DNA of 64,000 bases from Vampirovibrio sp. (GTDB lineage: Bacteria > Cyanobacteriota > Vampirovibrionia > Vampirovibrionales > Vampirovibrionaceae): NCBI RefSeq assembly GCF_041737375.1, contig NZ_JBGSRV010000008.1, positions 88,500 to 152,499 on the forward strand, written 5' to 3'. Below the pieces are notes generated by a model. The model did not search any database, was not told where the DNA came from, and saw nothing but the letters and a program-made list of their open reading frames with translations. Numbering within the stretch: position 1 is the stretch's first letter; each line of letters opens with the position of its first letter. Positions 1 through 10,539 of the stretch are shown one piece after another. A program made the position numbers and the translations under genes.

Positions 1-8
1 GGTCAGCT

Positions 9-1880
9 TTAGGGCTGAATCCAGACTTCTTCCGTGTTGTGGAAGGCTTCCAGCGGGGTGGGATCAAAATTCTGGATGCGTTCCCGCACGGCGATAATGT
101 TGAGCGGAGAGTACAGGTAAATGAACGGGGCCTGCTCATAAACCACCTGCTGCAATGCGTCATAAACCTGATGGCGCTCTTTCTCATCAAAGGTTTGAGA
201 TCCGGTTTCCACCAGAGCGTCCAGTTGTTTCTCCCAAGGGAAGCGATCGTTGATGTTGGTGGCTTTGCCCGCTTCAATTTTGCGTTGGTTAAACATGTGA
301 ATGGATCCATCGCTTTTCCATACGTTGGCCCCGCTGTGGGGATCCAGCGGACTGCCGGTCAAGCCCATCACCATGGCCTCCCAGGTGCCATCTTTCAGGT
401 TGCCAATAAGTACGTTGAAATCAATGGGCTTAAAATTCACTTTCATGCCCAGCTGAGCCAAGTCCTGCTTCAGGTTCACCCCAACCGCTTCTCGCTCGGT
501 GTTGCCGCTGTTGGTATACAGGTTAAACTCAACCACGTTGCCCTGTTTGTCATGCAAAATGCCTTGCTTATCCCAGGTAAACCCGCTTTTTTTAAGCAGG
601 CTTTTGGCGTAATCAATATCGGCGTCAAACCCTTTGGCCAGTTTGGGGTTGAGGTAAATGGAGGATAGCGATTCCGAGGTAAATAGCGGAGCGCCCACCC
701 CTTTCAGGATATTGGCCACAATATCTTGCCGTTTGATGGCATGATTAATGGCTTGTCGAAAATTAACATCTCTAAACCAGGCCGATTTGACGGGGTTTAC
801 AAACGGCTTGCCTTCGGCGTTGTTGCGGTTATTCATATTCAGGGTCAGAAAGACCGTGCCGGTGGCAGGACCCAGGTTATAGAGTTTGAAGTCCGGCTTT
901 TTTAATTGGCGCACATGGGAAAGCAGATTGCCGGGAACGTTGTAGATATCCACCTTGCCTTGCTCAAACTGCAGGCTCTGGTTGTTCATATCCCCCACAA
1001 AGCTAATGGAAAACTTATCCATGTAAGGAAGCCGTTGCCCCTTGCTATCCACCATAAAAAAGTGGGGATTGCGCTTGAAAATGGCTTTTTGGCGAGGCAC
1101 ATAACTTTCCAGCAGCCACATGCCGCCAGATACAAATTTCTGGGGCGCTTTGGCCGCATCCGACACCCCCATAAAGGCGGAGAAGGCGGTATCTCCTTTG
1201 GCCACCACTGGCTTGAAAATATGGGCGGGGGCAATGCCTTCACTTAAATTGCGCATGAAAGGGGCAAAGGGTTTGGCGGTTTTAAACTGAATGGTTAAAT
1301 CATCCAGCGCCTTCACGTCTGGAAATTGCCCGTCCACCAGCACCACATCCCGGTGGCTGGCGTTGCCCAACCCGGCTTTCACAATTTCGTTCCAGGTAAA
1401 AACAACGTCTTTAGAAGTGATTGGCTGACCATCAGACCATTTCAGCCCCTTGCGGAGGGTGACCGTGTAAGTCATCTTGTCATCAGACAGTTTGACGGAT
1501 TTGGCCAGATATGGCACCGGCTCACCGCTGTAAGCATCAGTCACCATTAAACCGGCGTAAAGCATGCCGCCTAAGGTGCTGGAGGTGGCATCGGTAGAAG
1601 CCCATGGGTTGAAGGTTTTGGGGCCATCGCTGATTTGATTATCGTAGAAAGTGCCACCCAATTGTCCCACGGGGCCACGGGCTTGCAGTCGTTCCGCGCC
1701 ATCTATTAACACGGTTTTAAAAGGCCCTCTGGGGGTGGGTTGAACACTGACAATCGGTTTACCGCTACCGCCAATGGTTTTGCCGTAGTTGGCGGCCGAA
1801 CCGCTTTTGGGGGGCGGGGCGCATCCGGCCATGGGGGTTAAAACCAACAAAATTGTTAAAGCAGACAGGGTTTGTTTCAT
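9..1880 (-). CDS. ABC transporter substrate-binding lipoprotein, family 5 (peptide/nickel)
   Basis: Lipobox-like PMAGC; family 5 motifs YTVTLRKGLKWSDGQPITSKDVVFT and FRQAINHAI; start moved to MKQTL, which has GAGG upstream. Confidence 0.9.
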   Translation of the reverse strand: MKQTLSALTILLVLTPMAGCAPPPKSGSAANYGKTIGGSGKPIVSVQPTPRGPFKTVLIDGAERLQARGPVGQLGGTFYDNQISDGPKTFNPWASTDATSSTLGGMLYAGLMVTDAYSGEPVPYLAKSVKLSDDKMTYTVTLRKGLKWSDGQPITSKDVVFTWNEIVKAGLGNASHRDVVLVDGQFPDVKALDDLTIQFKTAKPFAPFMRNLSEGIAPAHIFKPVVAKGDTAFSAFMGVSDAAKAPQKFVSGGMWLLESYVPRQKAIFKRNPHFFMVDSKGQRLPYMDKFSISFVGDMNNQSLQFEQGKVDIYNVPGNLLSHVRQLKKPDFKLYNLGPATGTVFLTLNMNNRNNAEGKPFVNPVKSAWFRDVNFRQAINHAIKRQDIVANILKGVGAPLFTSESLSSIYLNPKLAKGFDADIDYAKSLLKKSGFTWDKQGILHDKQGNVVEFNLYTNSGNTEREAVGVNLKQDLAQLGMKVNFKPIDFNVLIGNLKDGTWEAMVMGLTGSPLDPHSGANVWKSDGSIHMFNQRKIEAGKATNINDRFPWEKQLDALVETGSQTFDEKERHQVYDALQQVVYEQAPFIYLYSPLNIIAVRERIQNFDPTPLEAFHNTEEVWIQP

Positions 1881-2090
1881 ATTTTTTACCGCCTCACCAG
1901 ATGAAAACGCCATTATTATAGCCTGAAAGCCCTGATTTGACGACTATTCCGCACCTTGCGCAAGGAGCTTGTTTTTGTTTTAAAAATTTAAAAGCAAAAA
2001 TATTGACCATCCGGCGGATGAGCGAACCGAGGTGAACTTCTACAATGAGGAAAGTTGATCCAATTACGTAATCAAGAGAGTGTGTGAAAG

Positions 2091-2267
2091 ATGACCTTTC
2101 GAGATCTGGCCTTCCAGGAGGATCTTAAGTTGACCTCCTCCGTGTTTGATCAGGATGAGCGTAAAAGCCCCTTCAAAGCGCTGTTAGACAATCAAAGTCC
2201 GGTCATGAAAGTTTGGTTTGTGATTATGCTGCTGAATCTGGGATTGTTTTTAGTGGTGATTCACTAG
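2091..2267 (+). CDS. Small 58-aa membrane protein (not in ORF track)
   Basis: ATG..TAG translates MTFRDLAFQEDLKLTSSVFDQDERKSPFKALLDNQSPVMKVWFVIMLLNLGLFLVVIH; C-terminal hydrophobic helix; purine-rich upstream; fills an intergenic gap. Confidence 0.55.
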   Translation: MTFRDLAFQEDLKLTSSVFDQDERKSPFKALLDNQSPVMKVWFVIMLLNLGLFLVVIH

Positions 2268-2378
2268 ATTTCATTTTTTTGAGACGTTTACAAGGTGCGT
2301 CCAGTGGAAGGGCTGCTGTAGGCCCCTAAAATTTAATAGCCAAAAAGCTGTTTCTGTTAGAAGAATCGGCTTTTTGCG

Positions 2379-3284
2379 TTACTGCCCCTCGGGGGAAGCC
2401 TGGATGCCTTGCACCAGACAGGCCTTATCCAGAAACGGCGGGATTTCCTGACCGGTTAAGGTGGGCCGGTTGCTGTTGAAAATTCTGTTTTTTACATTCT
2501 GCACTTTTACCGCTAAGCCTTGGGCCATGGCCATATCATTGCGATCGCTGAGGATTTGAATGGCCCGCCCCATTTGACGATAGGCTTCCTCCTCAAAGCT
2601 CAAATCGCTGAGCACCAGCCCCAGGTTATAACGGGCCTCGTAACTGTTGGGGCTGACCACCAGCGCTTGGCAATAAGCTTTGGCCGCAGCGGTGTTATCG
2701 TCTATATTCTGGTAAGAAACCCCCAGGTTAAAGTGGGTTTGAAACTGCTGATTGTTCAGCTTTAAAGATTGCTGGTAATAGTAACGGGCCTGAGCGTACA
2801 GCCATTTTTGAGTGGCCTCCCGTTTTTCCGCCGGGTTTTCGGCGGCCGTTTTATAAACGTTACCAATACTGGCTAACAGTTGGGGGTTTTTGGGATGCGC
2901 TTTCAGGGCCTGACGCAGTTCTACAATGGCCTCATTCACACGCTTGGCATCATTTTTTAGCAAGCCTGCCAATGCCATGCGGGCTTCCAGATGATCGGGA
3001 GCTTGCTTGAGTAGGGTTCGGTAAGTGGCTTCCGCTTGTGAATTTTGCTGGTTTTTTCGATACAGCCAGGCCAGCCTTAGCGCAATAGTGGCATTGTCGG
3101 GGAACTGCTTATGGCCTTCCTCGTAAAGCTGAATGCCTTTTTCCCAGTTTTGAGCCTCAATGGCCTTTTGGGCCGATTGCTCAATTTGATTAGCCCGCCC
3201 GTAACTTAAAAGGGCATTAAAATTAAACGCCACAATTACCACAATGATCAAAAACAGGGCAAAGCTCAGGATACGGCTCATCAT
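2379..3284 (-). CDS. Membrane-anchored tetratricopeptide repeat protein
   Basis: N-terminal TM helix; TPR consensus segments (FNLGVSY, YEARYNLGLVL). Confidence 0.85.
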   Translation of the reverse strand: MMSRILSFALFLIIVVIVAFNFNALLSYGRANQIEQSAQKAIEAQNWEKGIQLYEEGHKQFPDNATIALRLAWLYRKNQQNSQAEATYRTLLKQAPDHLEARMALAGLLKNDAKRVNEAIVELRQALKAHPKNPQLLASIGNVYKTAAENPAEKREATQKWLYAQARYYYQQSLKLNNQQFQTHFNLGVSYQNIDDNTAAAKAYCQALVVSPNSYEARYNLGLVLSDLSFEEEAYRQMGRAIQILSDRNDMAMAQGLAVKVQNVKNRIFNSNRPTLTGQEIPPFLDKACLVQGIQASPEGQ

Positions 3285-3823
3285 ACTTTAGGCCGGTTTT
3301 CTTTGGGGTTCGCAAGGGGGTGATCCATAAACGGGGTCAACAGTATCAGCAGAATGACGATCCATAAGTTGGCCTTATAAATGCCTTCGGATAATTTGTG
3401 CTTTTGCTCAAACTGTCGACCGGCCACCGTGGTTAAATCCCGATGGGTTCCGGCTCGGTTCAGGCGCTCAATATCGGCATTGAGGAACTGGGTGGCGTAC
3501 AGCAAGCTGAGGGTTAATGCGCCCAGTAAAATCCAGCGCAACGCAGGAAGCAAGCCATGGTGTTTGAGCTGCCGGGTTCCGATACGCAGGGACTCTCCCA
3601 GCAGGGCCAGCAACAGGGCGACTTGTAACACCATATCGAAGCGACGAAAAATAATGGCCATAACCGGGCCCGCCTCTATTCTGGAAAATTGTCCAAAAAC
3701 CACGGGGGCGGTAAAAGCGCCCAGGGCCAGCATACCGCCTGCCATGATCGCAAAACCCAGGTTTTGTAGCCCGCTGCCCAGCGAGAGCCAACGACTTGAA
3801 AGGAAGCAACACTTGGTATTCAT
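3281..3823 (-). CDS. DUF4149/TMEM205-like membrane protein
   Basis: Four hydrophobic segments; APVVF...AGPVM...F and F..xHKLSE pattern; stop overlaps start of the TPR gene. Confidence 0.7.
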   Translation of the reverse strand: MNTKCCFLSSRWLSLGSGLQNLGFAIMAGGMLALGAFTAPVVFGQFSRIEAGPVMAIIFRRFDMVLQVALLLALLGESLRIGTRQLKHHGLLPALRWILLGALTLSLLYATQFLNADIERLNRAGTHRDLTTVAGRQFEQKHKLSEGIYKANLWIVILLILLTPFMDHPLANPKENRPKV

Positions 3824-4407
3824 ACTTAGAAACTTTCTGCCCAAACAGCTGATTGGTTTAACTGTATTATAAAGGACCCTCGGTTTTACGGGGATAACGC
3901 ATGCCCCCTCGGTTACTTTTATCCGGTTAATAAAGGGGCTTGTTGAGATCCCCGGAGAGAGACAACCTATGGGCGATTTCAGAAAATATGAATGAAATTT
4001 TACAATGAATTTTAAGCGCTGACCTTAAGAATTGATGCTCATCTGGAGACAGGTTAAAAACGCAAACGCATGGCTGAAATCAGGGCGGTTTTAGCAGAGG
4101 TTCAATGTCAGGAACTATTCTTCTGTTGGTAGTGGGTTTTGATTTTGAGTGTGCCAGCTGGTTTGATAATTTATATTTATGGTGATACTATAAAAACAAA
4201 CGTATGTCCTTGAGTTCGTTCGTTAATTTCGCCAAGTTGAGTGTGTCTGTAAGTGTATGTAATGGGCCTTGTGGGCTTTATTTTAGTAAATCGTCATCCG
4301 TTTTCTTGTAGTTAGTAGTTACTTGTGTAGTGGGTTCGTTTTCGAGCAGGAATTTTCATAGAAAGCGCCCTGTGTAAGAAATCGAGCTTAAATGGAGTGA
4401 ATTGAAC

Positions 4408-5643
4408 ATGTTTCGGAACCCAATCCGTCTAACTTTGGCTTGCTTACTTTCTGTAGTGGCACTTCAAAGTAGCGATGCCTTCGCCTATCAGCTGGATGCT
4501 AAAAGCCGTACCCTTAGCGTCACACCGGGTACGTCTGCCTCTGCCACCACCACCGACCTGAAAAACGCCTTTAATTATCTGGTGAACCGCAGCGATAAAA
4601 CCAGTTTGTGGACCTTGAAGCTGGCACCGGGAAACTATTATGTGCTTAGTCAGATTCCGGTTCGTAACCTGCAAAATACGGCGTTGCTCAGCGATATGAG
4701 TCAACCCGCTAAACTCATCAAGGATAAGAGCTTTACCAGTGCCTCTGGCGGAGAGTATCTGCTGAATTTCCAGTTTAGTAAAAATATTTCTATTACCGGA
4801 ATGCAGTTTTATGGGCAGACCGATTTTGCCAAGAGTCTGGCGCCAGTGTGGCCGGATCAGGGTGTGTATTTTGGTTCGTGTAACACGGTGAATGTTAAAA
4901 ACAACGCGTTTTACAACTTCGGAAATGGAGCGTTGAGAGTGACCACCACCGAACGCGATCCGGTGATTGGGGTTAATAGCTTCAATACGGTTGTGGCCAA
5001 TAATTTATTTAATAACGTATATCAAGTAACAACCACCCCCAATGATGATGTTCACGGTGGCTCCGCCAATTTCACCCTGCAAAGCAACGTGTTTTATAAC
5101 TTGAGAGGCTCCATTAAATTCGCCTCCCGCACGGCTGGCGCTAAAAATGTGAAAATTTTGAGTAATAAAATCAACGGCGGCGATCATTACGGGCTGGAGG
5201 TGAATAATTACGATGACATGGAAATCAGGGGCAATACCATTCAAAACATGAAGGAATTTGCCATTAACATCTACAACAACCCTCGTGCCACCTCAACCTT
5301 CAACTGGGGCAATAACTTTGTTATTGCCGATAATAATATTAGCAACGTAGGCCGAGGGATTCGCTTCAGTACCGAACCGTATGCCAATGGCACCCAAGTG
5401 CTTCCCCGTAACGTATCATTCATTAACAACACCATGAACGGCGTGAAGGACACCAGTGGGTTGGCGGCCATTTCTCAAATTAATGGCAAAGTGAATGGCT
5501 TAACCATTACTGGCAATAAGTTAAGCAACATCGCCAATAAAAAATATATTAATTACAGTACCGCCAGCACAAGTGTTAAATATTATAATAACCTGGTGAA
5601 TGGGGTGGCTTTCGGGCCTCAACAATCCACCGCCTCTAAATAA
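4408..5643 (+). CDS. Secreted right-handed parallel beta-helix protein
   Basis: Signal peptide ending AFA; Asn-rich repeats (I..N.F.N, I..NTI.N) typical of the pectin-lyase-like fold. Confidence 0.75.
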   Translation: MFRNPIRLTLACLLSVVALQSSDAFAYQLDAKSRTLSVTPGTSASATTTDLKNAFNYLVNRSDKTSLWTLKLAPGNYYVLSQIPVRNLQNTALLSDMSQPAKLIKDKSFTSASGGEYLLNFQFSKNISITGMQFYGQTDFAKSLAPVWPDQGVYFGSCNTVNVKNNAFYNFGNGALRVTTTERDPVIGVNSFNTVVANNLFNNVYQVTTTPNDDVHGGSANFTLQSNVFYNLRGSIKFASRTAGAKNVKILSNKINGGDHYGLEVNNYDDMEIRGNTIQNMKEFAINIYNNPRATSTFNWGNNFVIADNNISNVGRGIRFSTEPYANGTQVLPRNVSFINNTMNGVKDTSGLAAISQINGKVNGLTITGNKLSNIANKKYINYSTASTSVKYYNNLVNGVAFGPQQSTASK

Positions 5644-5825
5644 AACTTAGGCTGGTTATAATCACTTAAAAACGGGCTGACTTGACTGGGTTCAATTTCG
5701 GCCCGTTTTTTAATGGCAATATGTTTTTTTGATGTTGCTTGCTTTCACAGGCAGCAATCTCCTCATTGAAGGCCATGCTTATGAATAGTACAATGGCCAT
5801 GCAGAATAAAGGAGCTTTTTGCCCG

Positions 5826-6674
5826 ATGAGCGCCACACCAGCCATTCCCGCCATTCTTCCTTTAGAAGATGGATTTACGGATGTTTTAGGAAAAGCCCGC
5901 AAGGGATTAAAACTGACTTTGGAGGAGATGGCCGAGCGAGCGGGATTGTCTTTGAGTCAGGTGGAACAGGTGTTAAACGGGCAGGTGGATAACCACGCAT
6001 TGGAAAAATTAGCGTTTGTGCTGGGTTTGCACGGCCCTTCTCTCATTGCTTTGGCCCGGAATGAGTGGCAACCCCAGGTGCTGCCAGAAATACCGGGGCT
6101 TCGGCAATTTACCACCTGGTACGGCGATATGACCGTTAACGCTTATCTGGTGTGGGACCCTAACACCGGGGAGGCATGCTCTTTTGACACCGGTTCCAGT
6201 TGTCAGCCCATGCTGGATTTTTTGCAAACGAATGATTTGGGCTTGCAAAAAATTTGTATCACCCACACCCATATGGATCATTTGGCTGATTTAGAGCGTT
6301 TGGCGGCTGAGTTTCCGCAGGCCCACTGCTACGGTTCCGCGGCCGAAAACCCGTTGGGCTTAAAGCCATTGGTAGGGGGCGATGGCCTGTGTGTTGGCAA
6401 TCTGAAAATTCGGGTGCTGGGTACTTCTGGTCACACGCCGGGTGGTTTAAGTTATTTCATTGAAGGGCTTCAACGTCCTTTGGTGGTGGTTGGAGACGCT
6501 CTGTTTTCGGCCTCTATGGGTGGGGCACCCTACGCTTATCATGAGGCTCGCCAGAATAATCTGGAACAATTATTGAGCTTGCCGGATAATACCATTATTT
6601 GCCCCGGTCATGGCCCTCTCACCACAGTGGGTCAGGAAAAAGCCCATAATCCTTTTTTCCCGGAATTGAAATAA
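5826..6674 (+). CDS. XRE-type HTH fused to MBL-fold metallo-hydrolase
   Basis: HTH LTLEEMAERAGLS; THTHMDH, GHTPG, GD, PGHG metal motifs; AAGGAG RBS at 5809. Confidence 0.85.
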   Translation: MSATPAIPAILPLEDGFTDVLGKARKGLKLTLEEMAERAGLSLSQVEQVLNGQVDNHALEKLAFVLGLHGPSLIALARNEWQPQVLPEIPGLRQFTTWYGDMTVNAYLVWDPNTGEACSFDTGSSCQPMLDFLQTNDLGLQKICITHTHMDHLADLERLAAEFPQAHCYGSAAENPLGLKPLVGGDGLCVGNLKIRVLGTSGHTPGGLSYFIEGLQRPLVVVGDALFSASMGGAPYAYHEARQNNLEQLLSLPDNTIICPGHGPLTTVGQEKAHNPFFPELK

Positions 6675-6744
6675 ACCGGCATTTAAATCAAAAAATCGGA
6701 TTGGATTAGATTCAACAATAAAGAACACAAGGATATTGAGAACC

Positions 6745-7692
6745 ATGCCTCAGCAAACCGTCACTCAAAAAGCGGAGATTCAAAAAATTGGCTTGGTGGG
6801 CGTTGGACGAATGGGCGCCAATATGGCTCGCCGTCTGAAAGATCAAGGGTTTGAAATCGCTGCCATTTATGATGCGGACCTGCAGCTGGCCGCTCAGGTT
6901 GCTCAGGAATTAAAGGCCACCGCTTGTGATCGCCTGTCGGAGGTGACCCGTTTATCGGACGTGGTGATTACGGTGGTGAGCGATGATCAGGCCATGCGGG
7001 ATATTTTTGGTCGGGAGTCAGACAATTTGTGGGTAGGGGCCCAGGGCAAGCTGTTTTTAAATTGCGCCACGGTGAGTCCGCAGATTCATGTGGATTTGCA
7101 GCATCAAGCCGCCGCTGTGGGGGCCAAAGTGCTGGAATGCCCCATGGCCTCCAGTATTACTCAGGCTCGAGAAGGCACTTTGTACTTAATGTGCGCCGGG
7201 GATGAAGCTGTTTATCAGGAAGCTCGCCCCTTGCTGGACGCCTTGGCCACGACCAGCGTTTACACCGGGCTGGCCGGTTCCGCGGCGCAAATTAAGGCTT
7301 TGGTGAATATGGTGATGAACATCAATACGGCAGGGCTGGCCGAGGGCTTGGGACTGGCCAACGCATTAGGGCTGGACTTGGATTTGGTACGGACTATCTT
7401 TGCTCAAACCGGCGCGAACTCTCGGGTGCTGGAAACAGATGGTCAGGACATGCAGCACCGGGAGCATGATACTTATTTCTCAGCCGCTCATGCCGCCAAA
7501 GACACTTGCATTGCTCTGGATTTGGGTCAGCAACAGGGGCTTTCCCTGCCTTTGGCAAAGGCGTCTAAGGATCAGTATGATCGAATGATCGCTTTGGGCT
7601 TAGGCGAGCTGGATAAATCCGGGGTGTCGGAACTCACCTTTCAATCCCGTTTATCAGAGCATGCCGCACAGCCTGCCAGGCAAACTCGCTAA
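6745..7692 (+). CDS. NAD(P)-dependent oxidoreductase, 3-hydroxyisobutyrate dehydrogenase family
   Basis: GLVGVGRMGANMA Rossmann motif; catalytic K..VN segment. Confidence 0.9.
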   Translation: MPQQTVTQKAEIQKIGLVGVGRMGANMARRLKDQGFEIAAIYDADLQLAAQVAQELKATACDRLSEVTRLSDVVITVVSDDQAMRDIFGRESDNLWVGAQGKLFLNCATVSPQIHVDLQHQAAAVGAKVLECPMASSITQAREGTLYLMCAGDEAVYQEARPLLDALATTSVYTGLAGSAAQIKALVNMVMNINTAGLAEGLGLANALGLDLDLVRTIFAQTGANSRVLETDGQDMQHREHDTYFSAAHAAKDTCIALDLGQQQGLSLPLAKASKDQYDRMIALGLGELDKSGVSELTFQSRLSEHAAQPARQTR

Positions 7693-7849
7693 ACAATCAG
7701 GCCCTGAGGCACCAATTGCCGTTTGGGCTGGATTGGATCGGGTTCAAAATTTCAGATGGGTTATTGATAATAATTACTTGGCAACAATTGATAGGGATTG
7801 GATTTATTATAACTATCTGAATTGAATCCATTAACTTTTGAGGTTTGGC

Positions 7850-8242
7850 ATGGCTTCGGTATCCATTCGTCCTGATTTTTCGCCCTCAACTCGGGGATTG
7901 CTACCTCAACAGCCTGCTGGTTTCGTCTCAGGGGCTTCGGTTGGCCCCGCTTCAATCAGCAAGGCCCCGGTGGGTATTTCTCCCGCGCTTTCCGATTTTA
8001 TTGAATTTCAAACCATGATGGCTTCCTCTAAAAATTTGCATTTAAAGGATCATAGTCGAGTGTCTGTGGCCAAAACATCGTTCTTGTCAGGGATGCTGGC
8101 TGCGGTTCTCACCGCCATTCCCACTACCGTTTCCGCCATTAATGGGCAAGGCGACAAGTTGTTTTTGGTGCCTATTTTGGGAACGCTGGCTGCCTTTCAT
8201 GGCGCGCTTTTGGGCTTGCTGTTAAACCACAATCGGGATTAA
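7850..8242 (+). CDS. Hypothetical protein, Ser/Pro-rich N-terminus plus two C-terminal TM helices
   Basis: ORF with GAGG upstream; hydrophobic hairpin at C-terminus. Confidence 0.6.
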   Translation: MASVSIRPDFSPSTRGLLPQQPAGFVSGASVGPASISKAPVGISPALSDFIEFQTMMASSKNLHLKDHSRVSVAKTSFLSGMLAAVLTAIPTTVSAINGQGDKLFLVPILGTLAAFHGALLGLLLNHNRD

Positions 8243-8247
8243 CTGCT

Positions 8248-10428
8248 TTAGTCAGCCAGCTTCATGGAAAGGGCAATCCGCTTGCGGGGAATATCCACTT
8301 CCATCACTTTTACCTGTACGATATCCCCTGCTTTAACCACGGTGTGCGGATCTTTTACAAAGCGATCGGCCAGCATGGAAATATGCACCAGTCCGTCCTG
8401 ATGCACCCCCACATCCACAAAGGCCCCGAAATTGGTGACGTTGGTCACCACCCCTTCCAACAGCATGCCGGTTTGCAGGTCTTTTAAATGCTCAACCCCT
8501 TCCTGAAAAGTGGCTGTTTTAAATTCGGGTCTGGGATCACGACCGGGTTTTTCCAGTTCCAGCAAAATATCTTTGACGGTGGGTAATCCAAAGCGCTCAT
8601 CGGTAAAGTCAGTGGCTTTCAGGGCGGTTAAGAAAGGTTTATCCCCAATAATGGTTCGCATGTCCCGGCCCGATTGGCGCAAAATTTTCTGCACAACGGG
8701 GTAGGCTTCCGGGTGAACCGCTGAGGCGTCCAGCGGGTTATCGCCATTGATCACCCGTAAGAATCCAGCGGCCTGTTCATAGGCTTTAGGCCCCAGGCGA
8801 GGGACTTTTTTCAGGGCTTCCCGGTTGGGGAAAGGCCCATTTTTATCACGGGTTTCCACCACCGCTTTGGCCAGTGCGGGGGAAAGCCCTGCCACATACC
8901 TCAGCAAGGCCGGAGACGCCGTGTTGACATCCACCCCTACTGCGTTCACGCAATCCTGTACCACCGCATCCAGACCCCGCTCCAGCTGGCCTTGATTGAC
9001 ATCATGCTGATACTGACCCACCCCGATGGCTTTGGGTTCAATTTTTACCAGCTCAGCCAGCGGATCTTGCAGACGGCGGGCAATGGAAACCGCCCCCCGC
9101 AAAGACACATCCAGATCGGGCATTTCCTGTGCCGCCAGCGCAGAAGCAGAATAGACCGAGGCCCCTGCTTCAGACACCATGACTTTGGTGATGGCCAGAT
9201 GCGGGTATTTTTTGATCACCGCGCTGACCAGTCGATCGGTTTCCCGAGAGCCAGTGCCATTGCCGATACTGACCAGACTGACTGAAAATTTTTGAATCAG
9301 TTCAGCCAGCTTTTCAATGCTTTTGTCCCATTCATTTTGAGGCACATGCGGGTAAATAACGGTGGTAGCCAATATTTTTCCAGTGGCATCCACCACCACG
9401 GTTTTAACTCCGGTTCGCAAGCCCGGATCGAGTCCCAGGGTCACTTGATGGCCCGCTGGGGCTGCCAGCAACAAATCTCGCAAATTACGGGCAAAAACGT
9501 GGATGGCCTCTTCCTCGGAGCGCTCCCGCAGCTGGGTCATTAAATCATTTTCCAAATGCGGCAATATTTTATCGCGCCATGCACTTTGCACGCAGCCTGC
9601 CAGCCAGTCATCGGCTGGAAGATTTTGGTGCTGGATATTAAAGTGCCGGGCAATGCGTTGTTCTATATGATCGGTGGCGGTTTTCAGCTCGTCTTTACCT
9701 GCGGCTGGTTTTAAAGAAATTCTTAAAAACCCTTCGTTTTTGCCTCGAAATAAGGCCAAGGCCCGGTGAGAGGGAATGGCCCGAATGGGTTCCACGTAGT
9801 TAAAATAATCGGTAAATTTAGCGGCTTCCTCTTTTTTGGTTTTAACCACCGTGGAAACCACCACCCCGGTATTCCATAAAAATTGGCGCAAGGTGCCAAT
9901 CAGTTCTGATGATTCTGAAAAATCCTCAATTAAAATTTGGGCAGCGCCTTCCAAAGCCGCGGCGGCATCGGCAATGCCTTGCTCCGGGTTAATAAAGCGC
10001 ATGGCCGCTTGTTCGGGCGATTGATCCGGGTGATCAAAGAGGGTATCCGCCAGTGGGGTTAACCCGGCTTCTCGGGCTATCAGCGCTTTGGTGCGTCGTT
10101 TGATTTTGTAGGGCAGGTATAAATCTTCCAGCCGTGCTTTGCTGTCGGCCCTTAAAATGGATTCTTTCAACGCAGGGGTTAATTTTCCCTGCTCCTCAAT
10201 GCTTTGTAAAATCGATTCACGCCGTTTGTCCAGATCTTTCAGGTATTGCAGCCGCTCATCCAGTGTGCGTAGCTGGGTATCATCCAGCCCGCCGGTGGCC
10301 TCTTTTCGGTAACGGGCAATGAAGGGAATGGTGGCGCCTTCTTCCAGCAATTTAAGCACCGCGTTGACTTGCGGTTCTCTCACCTGAAGTTCGTTGGCGA
10401 TTTGGCGGCTAATCCAGTTCTCGTTCAT
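8248..10428 (-). CDS. tex: Tex family transcriptional accessory protein
   Basis: EGATIPFIARYRKEATG; YqgF-like LGLDPG; HhH repeats; C-terminal S1 domain (NFGAFVDVGVHQDGLVHIS). Confidence 0.95.
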   Translation of the reverse strand: MNENWISRQIANELQVREPQVNAVLKLLEEGATIPFIARYRKEATGGLDDTQLRTLDERLQYLKDLDKRRESILQSIEEQGKLTPALKESILRADSKARLEDLYLPYKIKRRTKALIAREAGLTPLADTLFDHPDQSPEQAAMRFINPEQGIADAAAALEGAAQILIEDFSESSELIGTLRQFLWNTGVVVSTVVKTKKEEAAKFTDYFNYVEPIRAIPSHRALALFRGKNEGFLRISLKPAAGKDELKTATDHIEQRIARHFNIQHQNLPADDWLAGCVQSAWRDKILPHLENDLMTQLRERSEEEAIHVFARNLRDLLLAAPAGHQVTLGLDPGLRTGVKTVVVDATGKILATTVIYPHVPQNEWDKSIEKLAELIQKFSVSLVSIGNGTGSRETDRLVSAVIKKYPHLAITKVMVSEAGASVYSASALAAQEMPDLDVSLRGAVSIARRLQDPLAELVKIEPKAIGVGQYQHDVNQGQLERGLDAVVQDCVNAVGVDVNTASPALLRYVAGLSPALAKAVVETRDKNGPFPNREALKKVPRLGPKAYEQAAGFLRVINGDNPLDASAVHPEAYPVVQKILRQSGRDMRTIIGDKPFLTALKATDFTDERFGLPTVKDILLELEKPGRDPRPEFKTATFQEGVEHLKDLQTGMLLEGVVTNVTNFGAFVDVGVHQDGLVHISMLADRFVKDPHTVVKAGDIVQVKVMEVDIPRKRIALSMKLAD

Positions 10429-10539
10429 AAGAAGCACTTACTTTCGTGATCCGCCCGTGGAAGCAGGGGGGCGGTTTTTAACAGGTTTCTTTGTTATACC
10501 CAAAGCGGGCTATAATGTCATCGTTCTGGTTTTAAAGTA

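Noticed and set aside
2541-2548. HIP1 octamer GCGATCGC
   Set aside because: Isolated occurrence; I see no enrichment like that of oxygenic cyanobacteria.
5826-6674. HTH-MBL fusion as a novel defence or toxin gene
   Set aside because: Glyoxalase II-like motifs and a housekeeping context; nothing here supports a defence role.
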